In this document: one piece after another, positions 32,129 to 42,699 of the stretch
Position numbering within the stretch: the stretch's first letter is position 1
Layout: each line of letters opens with the position of its first letter
Origin: Halocafeteria seosinensis
Lineage: Eukaryota
Direction of reading: 5' to 3'
DNA length: 43,162 nucleotides
Assembly (NCBI GenBank): GCA_001687465.1
Contig: LVLI01000321.1
Location: 62,001 to 105,162 of the forward strand
Made by a program: the position numbers and the translations under genes
The notes under the pieces: generated by a model
Told to the model about the DNA's origin: nothing
The model's input: the letters and a program-made list of their open reading frames with translations, nothing else
The model's database searches: none

Positions 32129-33835
32129 TCAGAAAGGAATTGTGTCCATGGCCAATTCTTCGTAATGCCCAGCTGCGAAATCCTGATTGTTAGGAGGCCG
32201 CTTCTTAGAGCGGTAGATGTAAAACCCCGCTATCAATATCACAATAAATATGATGCTGCCGCAGACAATTCCAGCTATTGCACCAGTGCTGAGGCCAGGT
32301 GATGCAGTTGCACCAGGAGGTGAAGTTGCAGATCCTGGGATACGGTTTATGACCACGTTTCCTAGTCTAAGCGCTGCCGACCCATCGTTATGTATGTCCC
32401 CTAATGGAGAGGGTTCGGTGTAGTTTTTCATAGACAATTGCACTCCTGACGAGCTCCTCAGACACGACATGTTCATTGTTGTACGGGAGCTGCCCTGACG
32501 TCCGAAAACCACAAAATAGCCGCCTGCACTAAGAGAGCTAACAAGCATATCATCCAATCCATCCCTGTTAAAGTCTCCCATTCCAAAGGAATCCATTTCC
32601 ACCCCAATAACTGTAAACCCTTCTCCCTTTTCGAGATTTCTACAATTCACGTGCTGCGGGAATTTTCGGTTTCCGAAAAGGACTGTCGCTTCACACTCTC
32701 TGTTCACAGGTGGTGGGGTGGGGACAGGTTCTGGGCCTGGATACGGGTTGCAGAACGAACGTACTATGAGATCGTTTATCCCATCCCCATTCATATCTCC
32801 CGCTGCACTGAATTTAAAGTATCTGGTACCAGAATAAGACACGTTCATGGTGTCGAAAGCTGCACCAAGTGACGAAGGTGTGTAGGTTGGTGAAAAGTGG
32901 CTTGCCGGCTTGCGTCTACCGAACAAAACCAGGTTGTCTAATCCTAAATCTGTAAAGCCATCATCGTTGATGTCTCCTAGTGCATGCACAGAGTGTACAC
33001 CTGTAATGTTGAACCCCGTAGAGCCATTCAAGGTATTCACGGCCAGTACGTGCTGCGACTTGCCACCAAAAACTACATATATTGCCCCCTCTGCGAGTTT
33101 AGTCAAAGACTGCTCAAATCCAACAACCAAAATATCATCGAATTTATCGCCATTAAAGTCCCCTATAGGATAAGGATGACCTCCCGTGATGATAAATCCA
33201 TTGCTGCCATCCACTTCCTCAACATTGATATGGCGGTACTCGGCTACACTTCCAAAGACTACAGCAAACATCCCGTCGGCAAATTCACACGTTACAACGT
33301 CATGTATCCCATCTCCGTTGATATCGCCGAAAGGAAACGGTGACAATACCAGTGGTCTGCTTGGCCACGGTAGGGCGCTTCGTTGAAACAAAACCCACTT
33401 TTTCCAAGCTTGCAGGTTAACGGATCGAGAAGGAAAGCTTCCATTGCTAAGGAACACCCATGTTGTGCGATTCCCAAATTGCTGGTAAGGCTTAAAGTAG
33501 TAAGCGCTCTCATCATACCACGTCACGCTGAAATCGTCAATTCCGTCGTTATTAACATCCCCCAATCTCTCGGAGAATTCAGGACAGGTCTGACAGGTAA
33601 GCTGCCTACTCTTCCGAGGAATACCCCCCAGTCGGAATCCCTCATAGCCATGGGAGCCGTTGACTAACTCGGGAAGTTTGTTGACGTCAATCACATCGAT
33701 CTGTTCGCATGCTTCTGTCTTCTCCGCTAACATCTCTGGACTTGCATGAGATAAGAGTACCAATACTGCCGGCAATAAGCCGCGGATTTTTGTTGAGATT
33801 CGCCACGCGTCCCAGGACGCCATGACTGATCGCAT
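32129..33835 (-). CDS. FG-GAP (integrin-alpha-like beta-propeller) repeat type I membrane protein, intronless
   Basis: Signal-like LLPAVLVLLSHA; repeated GD(V/I/F/M)N.DG.DD motifs and YVVFG; TM segment GAIAGIVCGSIIFIVILIAGFYIY followed by RSKKR and a YEEL tail. Start codon uncertain (33835 or 33823). Confidence 0.85.
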   Translation of the reverse strand: MRSVMASWDAWRISTKIRGLLPAVLVLLSHASPEMLAEKTEACEQIDVIDVNKLPELVNGSHGYEGFRLGGIPRKSRQLTCQTCPEFSERLGDVNNDGIDDFSVTWYDESAYYFKPYQQFGNRTTWVFLSNGSFPSRSVNLQAWKKWVLFQRSALPWPSRPLVLSPFPFGDINGDGIHDVVTCEFADGMFAVVFGSVAEYRHINVEEVDGSNGFIITGGHPYPIGDFNGDKFDDILVVGFEQSLTKLAEGAIYVVFGGKSQHVLAVNTLNGSTGFNITGVHSVHALGDINDDGFTDLGLDNLVLFGRRKPASHFSPTYTPSSLGAAFDTMNVSYSGTRYFKFSAAGDMNGDGINDLIVRSFCNPYPGPEPVPTPPPVNRECEATVLFGNRKFPQHVNCRNLEKGEGFTVIGVEMDSFGMGDFNRDGLDDMLVSSLSAGGYFVVFGRQGSSRTTMNMSCLRSSSGVQLSMKNYTEPSPLGDIHNDGSAALRLGNVVINRIPGSATSPPGATASPGLSTGAIAGIVCGSIIFIVILIAGFYIYRSKKRPPNNQDFAAGHYEELAMDTIPF

Positions 33836-34231
33836 ATCTACATACAGTTGTTCAATTGTGGCATGGACCAAACGAACAAAGTATACTGACCACCACACCC
33901 GTGTGTCTCGCGGTGCAAGTAGCTTCTGTCCTGAAACTCTCCCACTCGGAGGTTCCAAATAGACGCTTTTGCTTCTGTACCTTGTGCTCGTGATGCAAGC
34001 CACTTCCTGGTCGAAGGGGGAGCCAACTCACCAGCATCGAAGTTTGAATCTGGTATGGACGGTGTTCGGCCCGGAATCCCCGGATAGGATTCCGGGCGGT
34101 TGGCCCGGGAAAACTCTGTTCACGATTCCAGACTCTCTATACACTATGGTGACCATAGTATGGGCTCGTATGAAACGTGTGAAAACTCGGAAGCACGTGT
34201 GTTTTACATAGTCGTTTGCTGTTTTTCTGGA

Positions 34232-34265
<34 letters not shown>
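34232..34265. repeat. Compound microsatellite (TC)12(TG)5
   Basis: Read directly from the sequence. Confidence 0.9.
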
Positions 34266-34778
34266 GTTGTTTGTTGTGACTATTATATACACGATATAAT
34301 AGCATTTTCCGAGTCGTTTCCAGTGCCTTTTCGATGGGATTAGGTTAGCTACTAGTAGCCTACTACCAGAGCGGCTATCACCGTTGGAATTGCGGCATGA
34401 GCCGCCACCGTAGGAGCTCCTTCGTGGGCGATATCCTTTGCCGTACACGGAAACAGCTCTCGAATCCTCGTATCTACGTCGAGTTCTTACGGCGTATGCG
34501 CTCTATGACACATGCAAGGAATGAACTATTTGAAAGAGTTTATTTTGTGTGTGATCACTCCAGATACTTCGAAAGATGAGGAACTAATAGAATTTAGTCC
34601 ACTTCTTGTAGCTCATTCTCGAGCTCTTGCAAATGTCTGTCAAGGGAAGCCGACATATTACACTGTATCCCGAACAACAAACCTGCTGCACGTGCTTGGC
34701 ATGCTGTCAGTAACGCTTTCTGCTGTGGGTTTAGTGTCCCTTTCAGAGTCCGTGAAAGCTACTCTCTGCAACATCTTC

Positions 34779-34801
34779 CCGGCCGGTGGGCTATCTGTCA
34801 C
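34779..34801 (+). repeat. Dispersed 23-bp repeat, copy 2
   Basis: Similarity with copy 3 extends further (at.tgtg.gtgtg...gtgcccc). Confidence 0.9.
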
Positions 34802-34889
34802 ATTTGTGCGTGTGTCTCTCAGGTGGTGCCCCCTCACTACCAANCCCTAAGGCGGACCGTCAACTGAGTATGTTCCACGTAACGGACGT

Positions 34890-35330
34890 CAGTGTTCCCA
34901 AAGTCATTGCACACAACGTAAACTGCTCCAAATCAGTGGTACTCCGGAAAAATACTGTAGTCTTTGTCCAAACGGAAGTGTTCTAAACGACAATCAAGAG
35001 GAATGTAAACCATGCGAACTGTTCGAAGTCAGATATGTGTGTATGTTTGAAGTTGCTGCGACAGGAGACTCAAGTCGCAAGCCCTGCCCTCCTGGATCTA
35101 TTCCAAATGGACAACAAAAACTATGTCTGCCGTGTGCCGAGAACCAGGTGTCTTCTGAAGCTAACCATATGTGCGAAACTTGTGCGGTAGGAACAACTCC
35201 TGATGGGGACGATAGCCACTGTACTCCGTGTCCCGGTGGTATGTACGCTCTAGAAGCAAGTGAGGCCTGTGTCATCTGTCCTCCTGGCACCCTTCCCAAT
35301 GAAGGCCAGAGTGGGTGTAAAGCGTTGCAG
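34890..35330 (+). pseudogene. Second degenerate Cys-rich (ephrin-receptor-like/GCC2-GCC3) repeat fragment
   Basis: CSLCPNGSV..QEECKPC...PCPPGS.PN..Q..CLPC...CTPCPGGMYA..ACVICPPGTLPNEGQSGC. No start or signal peptide, and a small internal duplication near 35020-35055. Confidence 0.65.
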
Positions 35331-36190
35331 GCCCAGCTTCCCCAGCGGACGGTTCGCGGGAGCCTCCTCTAACCCGAAAGAAATGACGTCCAGTGGTCCA
35401 GTAGAGATTTGATGCTTTGCTTATTCAGTAGGATGAAGAAAAACCATTGGGGTAACAATTGAGTCGACGACGACGTATATTTATGATCTACCAGCTTAGG
35501 TCATGCCCCACGGCGCTTGATACGCAACCGGTGTATCGTCAGCGATGCCATGGGATTCCGAGTCTGCATCCTAGCATCGTTTCCAGGTATCTGCGCGGCC
35601 GCGTTCGATTCGAAGAACGTCAAATGAGGTGCGTGGCGTCGTCGAGGGAGCAGGGAGCGTCCGAGATCAGTGAGATGCGTCGCGTGGCGCGGGTGCAAGT
35701 CCAGAATTCACGAATATCCAATGTGAATGCCATCCAGGTAAATTACTTCCGCTGATTCGGTAGCACATCTTCGGGAAGAAAAAAAGAAAAACACATATGT
35801 ACACTGTTCGTTTGTAAAGAATCTTCTACACTTTAAATAAATAAATTTAATTTCCTTTAAGTTCAAATTCTCGTCTTCCGTTTTTAGACGTGGCTCTCCG
35901 GAGTCACTCTCGGGGTGGTGAAACACTGGTGATTCACACGCAGGCTCTGAGCGAGACGAGGCATGACCACGATACCCCTGTTGTGAGCTGCATGTTCTCA
36001 TCATGAGCAGCTAGTCTTGGTAAGATTAGAGGATTGTCACCCTCGAGGATAGACGATACGGCACGAGACAAGTTTGTTCTATAGTACTGTCATCGGAAGC
36101 TCTGTCGCTCAAAGAACTTGTGGCCAAGAACGTATCTTAACAAAGACGGCTGAGGCCTAACCGAAATCCAAACCATCTTTAAACGCAACT

Positions 36191-38336
36191 ATGGAGTCTT
36201 CCTCAGATGCGCCCAGCGTCCCTACGACGGCTGGTACACGCCCCACCACTGCTGCTATCGTCTCGGATGGCAGCGAAGAGCAAAAAGGTGGAAATTTCCA
36301 GTTTTCGTATGCAGCGAACCAGTCACCACCCGGACAGGAGGGCCAAGGGCCTCCTCCCCCACCTCAACCTCAGCAGCACCAGCAAGCTCGCCCTGGTATG
36401 GGCGGTCCCCGTGGAGTCCAACCGGGGTATAGTGCTCCAATGGAGAGTGGGTATGCCCCGCCAAGGGGTCCACCGTCCTCTGCCGGCATGAATCAGTTCG
36501 CGTATAGTCATCATGGAGGACGTGGACGCGCTCCACCTCATCAGCCAGGTCCAACTCCACAACATCCAGGTATTGGTATGGGAGGAATGCCCCACCACCC
36601 CGGGTTTGATTGGACTAACCAATGGGGTGGACAGCCACAGCAAGGAGGAGCAGGTGCTAGGCCAGGTGCTGGCAAAGGCGCAATGCCTGGAATGGGACAT
36701 AGAACTGGATTCCCGGTATCAGACGAGTACCAGCCTATGGCAGATGAAGAAGAGTTACCCGTTGAACCGGAATATAAGGAGAAGAAAGATGAATGGATGC
36801 GCTGCCGTGCAGCTTTGCGAAGGCACGAAGACTTTTCACATTGGCTGGTAAGTGGTGCAGTACTTCTGGACCAACGTAGCCTTAGTACACTATACGCTGC
36901 ACTATATTGGCGTACAGGATTATGTCACCCCTGACAAAAGACGAACTTGGCCAAAATACGAGCCAGGAGGGAAGCCCAATCCTCAGGAGCCGACTTACTT
37001 TGAGAGTGCTGACATCACCGAGGTAGACCCCACCGAGAGGCGAAATAAATGGGGCCACATCAACCCGGGCTTCTTTTTCACTGCTCCTGCGGCAAACACG
37101 CTCGAGGTTACGGACTCTACAGTAATTGTAACAACGCTTAAACCTTTGGGAAAATCATCCGCAAATGTTATCATGCTAACAGACATCGACCGTTGTCAGC
37201 TGGACTATAAGGCTCCTCCGAATTACTCGTTTATGCAGCTTGTAGCATACTTTTTGAATTCTCGAGCGGGAATTGTGTTCCGGTCTCAAATGCTATTCGT
37301 TACCATGATGATTTTGATGTTCCTGGGTATGCTCTTCATCCCGGCTGATGGTTTCGGCATTCTCTTCTTGTTATTAGCGGCTCTCCTAAATCGTAAGAAA
37401 GGGAAATCAGTTTTGTAGGTCAACTACTGAACTAGTTACAAATTTCTTTGTTTCATTTTTACTATCTCTGCAGTGATTCTTGTCGTGCTATCGATTTTGC
37501 GTGATCACGGGCTCTGGAGGGGCAAGCCAGATAATCCAAATGAGAAAGGAGATCCATACCCAACTTGGGTGAAGTATCAACACCAACTCGGTCTTATGGA
37601 ACGCAATAAGCATCACCCGTTCGGCTTTTGCGTGAACGAAGATGGTACATACGAAGTCCGTAAGTTCATGATATCTATATCCTCTATGATAGCGTAGAAC
37701 AATAACAATTATATATTTTTCTGTATGTTCGCAGCGGACGAAATCGACGGTGACATAACGGTGGAGGAATATGAACACTACCGTCGGGATGGCGATGGAA
37801 GGCTCAATTCCTGTGGATGTTCCTTGACAACTGTATGGTCCATGCTATTGTGTGTCATCGGACTCGGCGCCACAGCGTTGTGTTTCTACTGTGGGCACGA
37901 TCTACTCGGAAAGGCGTTCCGCGCTGCAGAAGAAGCACGCGCAGGTCAGACTAATGTACCGTCGCCAAACACTGATGACACCGCGGATGACGACGGCTGG
38001 AACGCGGACATGAACGATCATGTACCCTGTTTACCCTGCGTAACTTCAATGGGAGGTTATATGTTTTTCATTCTGATCGCAAAAATGTGTGCGTTCGGTC
38101 CTCTGCCCGTCTTTTATTACAATTATGTCCCGCGGTCTACGTGTGTACTGAATATTCAGCAACGTGGGCAAAACATTGCTTCTGTCGATCTGGGCGACAT
38201 CGAAAATGCGAAAGGCGCAGCTTCCTACATCATGTATAAGAGTGAACAACGTCGTGAGACGGAACTAAAGCGAGATATTGCGTACACAAAGAGTTTTTTC
38301 AGCAACGTGAAAGAACTCCAGGATTCCAGTGGTTGA
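36191..38336 (+). CDS. Hypothetical multi-pass membrane protein with a Gly/Pro/Gln-rich N-terminus; 4 exons (introns about 36848-36917, 37392-37473, 37660-37735)
   Basis: Four ORF segments join in frame at gtaag...cag introns; several hydrophobic helices. Confidence 0.75.
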
Positions 38337-38621
38337 TTGCCATTGATGACATTGCACAAGAACTACGAATGATTCCAGTAGCCAGAGCAAATACACAGGA
38401 CGACTTTTGTTCCAACGGAAGTACCCAATTTAACTTGTATGAGAACCACCGTCTCTTTTACCTGGGTGTAACTTCCTCGGCAACACAACTTCAAGTGGGA
38501 ATTCAATTCCTGAGAAGTAGTGTAACTTGTTGCGATAGCATTGTTAATTTTTTTCGTTCCCATATCGTTTCCAATAAATAAATTAAAAAAAACAGTACGA
38601 TATTTCTCCCGCCCGCCAAGT

Positions 38622-40896
38622 ATGGCTAGCGAGAGCAAACGCAATGAGGAGAATGAATACCCTCGGTACCACCGTGGGTACCCTGGTCAGTCGGAGGAGG
38701 ACGCTGGAAGTGGAGGCGGCTACTCGGATTTGGATATCTTCGAGAAGCAGACGTGGCAGCAGAAGTTTTACATCTTTTACGTGACGGCCATCGGCGCCAT
38801 CGGCGGACTGCTCTTCGGCTACGATACGGTATGTAGGAGCACTCGCTCTTTTGCACATGAACACTGGAATATAGGGGGAATGGTGTCGTCCTGCAGGGTG
38901 TCGTTTCGGGAGCTTTGTTGCAGATTGACTCAGATTTTCACCTCACCGATATCGAGAAGGAATCCGTCGTAAGCATCGCAGTTTTAGGGGCCATCCTAGG
39001 GGCGTCCTGCTCCGGGTACTTGAGCAATCGTATCGGTCGAAAAATGGTGGTCATGATCGCCTCCGTGGTCTTCGTGGGAGGAGCGATTCTCATGGGAGTT
39101 GCGCATACTTTGACCAGCTTGCTTCTCGGAAGGCTTACGGTGGGTATTGGGATCGGACAAGCGTCCATGGTGGTACCCATGTACATTGCTGAAATGGCAC
39201 CTTCGGAATACCGCGGTGGACTCGTGACGGTGAACACGCTCTTTATTACAGGAGGCCAGTTCGTGGCAGCGTTGGTCGATGGAGCCTTCTCGGACCAAAA
39301 GGGAGGCTGGAGATGGATGCTCGGATTAGGAGCTGTTCCAGCTGCGATCCAGTTTATCGGCCTCTTTGGCTTACCAGAATCGCCAAGGTACTTGATTAGC
39401 CGCGGCAAAATTCATACAGCTCGGCTGGCGCTCATCAAACTTCGAGGCCAGCCTGCTCGTAAGATACCCAAGACCAGTTATGGAACTGAAATGTCTGGTT
39501 GCAGGGGTACAGCAAAAGCAGGAAATGCAGCTTCCTACTCTTCCGAGTCTTCAACAGGCGATTACAGTGACCGCGAAACTTTGCTGAACAAGCTTCAAGA
39601 TGGAGAGGAATCAACGGTGGCGGCAGCCACAACTGCTAGAAGGAATGAACCAACAGAAGGCCGATCAAGCCTTAGCTTGCGCTATTCAGAAGATAACAGT
39701 GACGACGAAAAAGAGGACGATCCAATTGAGCAAGAGCTTCAAGAAATTCAGGATGCAGTACGGGATGAAGTAAAGCAACAGCAAGCCTTGATCGGAGTGA
39801 CTGAAGAAGGCAGTACCAAACAGATACCTGAAAGATTTTGTAGCAAACTTCGGGCTTATGCCAATGCAACGAAACTCATGTTTGCGAGCCCCGCCATCCG
39901 AAGAGCCCTTCTTGTGGGATGCGTCTTACAGATGCTACAGCAGTTCGCCGGTATCAACACTGTCATGTATTACTCGGGGACTATTCTCCACAATGCTGGG
40001 TTTGATAATAAAACCGCTATTTGGCTCACAGCAGTGGTTGCATTTACTAACTTCGTGTTTAGTGGCTTGGGATTACGGTTCGTGGAAACCTCGTACGTGC
40101 TCAAGGCATGCAATTCACTGCGTGATGTTAGCTTCTTATTTAATTTTTCCTGTTTACCTATTGCAGAGGGAGGAGGAAGCTGACTCTATTTTCGGTTACT
40201 GGGGTAACCATATCGTTACTTCTTCTGGGTGGAGTGTTCTTCGTAAAGCGTCAATATTCGGCCACTGCTCTTACACTCGGTGAAAATGCTCCTTCTCAAG
40301 GGCACTGTACGACATTTGGGAACTGCGGGGACTGTGTAATCAATGATAAGTGCGGATTCCTCGGGAATGAAACATCCGGATACTGTCTGAAAGGAAATGT
40401 CGACAAACCATCCAATTACGAGGAAAGATATCCTGAATCGTATAAATGGGAGTTTAATCGCTGTCTAGGGTCCCTTCAACAGGATCTTGGCTGGGCTGCA
40501 TTGGCTTCGTTGACTCTATATCTCATGTGTTTTGCACCAGGCTTAGCGTAAGTAACTGCATTTTGCGTGCGCATTGTTGGTAGCTCAATACTTATTGTCT
40601 AGTAATACTTTTCTTTTATATTTTGCAGCTCAACGCCATGGACAGTCAATAGTGAAATCTATCCTACACAGGTACGGGCTTCGGCGGTGTCGATAGCCAC
40701 TACTGTTAACTGGATATCTAATCTCTTAATTTCTATGACCTTTTTGAGCCTTGCTGCTGCAATCACTTCATTTGGCGCATTTTGCCTTTATGCTGCTGTC
40801 TCATTTGCCGCTGGGGTTTTCTTGTATATCCGGCTTCCAGAAACGAAAGGAAAGACCCTGGAGGAAATTCAGGAGCTCTTTACACGCAATAGCTGA
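38622..40896 (+). CDS. MFS sugar porter, proton/myo-inositol cotransporter type (HMIT/SLC2A13/INT-like); 4 exons
   Basis: GGLLFGYDT|GVVSG, YIAEMAP..RG.LVT.N.LFITGGQF, GWRWMLGLG.VPA, PESPR, QQFAGINTVMYY, the INT/HMIT-typical Cys-rich loop C....C.DC.....CGF, PWTVNSEIYP and PETKG..LEEI. Confidence 0.92.
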
Positions 40897-40928
40897 GTTC
40901 CAGTGCCAACTTGATACTACTTCGTATT

Positions 40929-40964
40929 GGTTGAAATGTCTTATTCGGTTGAAATGTCTTATTC
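40929..40964. repeat. 18-bp perfect tandem duplication in the presumed 3' UTR
   Basis: ggttgaaatgtcttattc occurs twice in tandem. Confidence 0.9.
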
Positions 40965-41839
40965 GGCCAGGAAACGTATAAATCGGATTTAGAGCCTCAA
41001 GTTTAGACTCAATGACGGAAAAGATGAGCCCGCAAGGTATCCAGTGCTTGATTGTTTTGGATGGTATCTCTGTAAACGGTTCAGAAGGCAACGGAATTGT
41101 CGAGATGAGTGAGTATGGTAAAAGGCTTCATCCCGCAGAAAATTCCACAATAGCTTTAGGTATTTAGCGAAAGCCACTGTCAGACAGAACCACTTGGACA
41201 AGTTTCGTTCATGTCTGGAAGAGCTGTGTTAGAAAGCGTAGAGGAGCAAGCAAGATAGGATGAAAACTATACAATTACTCAGCGTGTTGAATGCAATATT
41301 TATTGGGTGCAAACGGCAGATACAGGGTAGTCTTTAGTTGGAGCAAGTACCTATTGGCGGAGGCATGTGTCCTAAGTGCCCTCTATATTGTTTTCTTTGT
41401 TCCGATGGTCAGCGGTATACTGCCGAATATGGAAAAGCCTCTGAAAATAGCAAATAAAGATACGCATATTCGCCACTAAAGGAATCCTCGACCTCTTGGG
41501 ATATGGAGTCCAATAAAACCAAGCTTCGCGGGAATAGAGTTTCTAATTCTAGACGCCGGTGGAAAGTATGCATATACTTATACACGCGTTCTATTCAATA
41601 CGGTGATGCCGCGGCGCTGCAGCTGAAGTGGTGTTTTGAGCTACATCAATGATGTAAAACGAGTCATATCCTGCGTCTATATCCCGTTGCGAGGAACAGG
41701 AAAAAAGGAGTTGGAAAGCAAAGAGACAAAGCAAGCACAGAAAAACCAAAAGTGGACGATCAAGACTTTATCTCAGGCGGGGATCGAAGCATTTAGTTCG
41801 ACACGCAGAAAGATGTAGCGCGTATAGTCTACAGGCTAC

Positions 41840-41995
41840 ACTAGGACCGCTCGGACATCTTCACGTTGAGCCGCATTAACGTGACAGGCAGTTTGACTTT
41901 CCAAGGTTCCGCATCTCCCTTGCTCCCGAGTGAGAGCCAGGAAATTCTTGAGGAACTTGATAACGTCTTCCCCGAAGCGGCCCTTCGCCTGGGGA
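41840..41995 (-). mobile_element. Possible degenerate C-terminus of an RLE-type non-LTR retrotransposon
   Basis: GRFGEDVIKFLKNFL, then after a frameshift WKVKLPVTLMRLNVKM, resembling the post-endonuclease G.(F/L)G....FL..L...W...LSV.LQR.N motif. Confidence 0.35.
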
Positions 41996-42230
41996 TAATT
42001 TCCGTGTGGTGATCCCTCAACCGTTTGCTGAAAGGCGATAGGAAAAAGCTTTTGTAGCAAGCTTCCCAATTAATAGCTTACACCTTCCACGAAATCTTAT
42101 GTTTAGTAAAAAGAAGGAAGTCGATAAAATCATGAAGGATTTTGGCAAAGTACTTCAGGATCGCCACCGTGATGCAACTAGGAATCAGGAAGCGAAGCAC
42201 GTTATGTGTGCGTGGGGCACACACACATAT

Positions 42231-42253
42231 GTGACAGATAGCCCACCGGCCGG
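42231..42253 (-). repeat. Dispersed 23-bp repeat, copy 3
   Basis: Identical core to copies 1 and 2. Confidence 0.9.
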
Positions 42254-42699
42254 GGAGTTGACCGCATCCTCTTAAGGAGGAGCGGTATGCGCCCGTGTTA
42301 AGCAGCGACCGGCCCGCTGTTCCAATCACTTCTTCGCACAGAAACTTTCAAATAGAAAATCCAAGGGTGACAGCGATTTCCACGGAGACCTCAACATACG
42401 AGAAATGGTGCTTAGCTCAGTGAATTTCGGTTCATATTGTATATCATTGGGTCATATTGAATTGTGTTCAAACGTACAATTCTTAGCCCTCCGCCAACGC
42501 ACGCCCACTGTGTTTTTGTTATTGTTGGAAACCTGTTATAAAAGTATTTTCACAGGGACGGTACACTTGATCATACGCTTCCGACAACTCACCCCTAGAT
42601 ACATCGACTACGGCAGCAGTTTAGTTCTGGTTTTGTTTTGGTCTGTCACTCTATTGGGACAATTTGGGAGTTTCGGCGAATCAGCTTCAAGTTGAAGTT

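Noticed and set aside
34512..34660. ARM/importin-alpha-like RALANVCQGKP fragment
   Set aside because: A single short match with no supporting repeats.
34781..34870. HDV-like ribozyme or spliced leader starting GGCCGG; telomere-like ccctaa
   Set aside because: No P1 complement or nested pseudoknot found, no donor GT after the motif, and only one telomere-like hexamer, next to an N.
40989..41640. Minus-strand gene with intron-like signals
   Set aside because: Could not assemble a consistent frame or recognise a domain; at most a decayed fragment.
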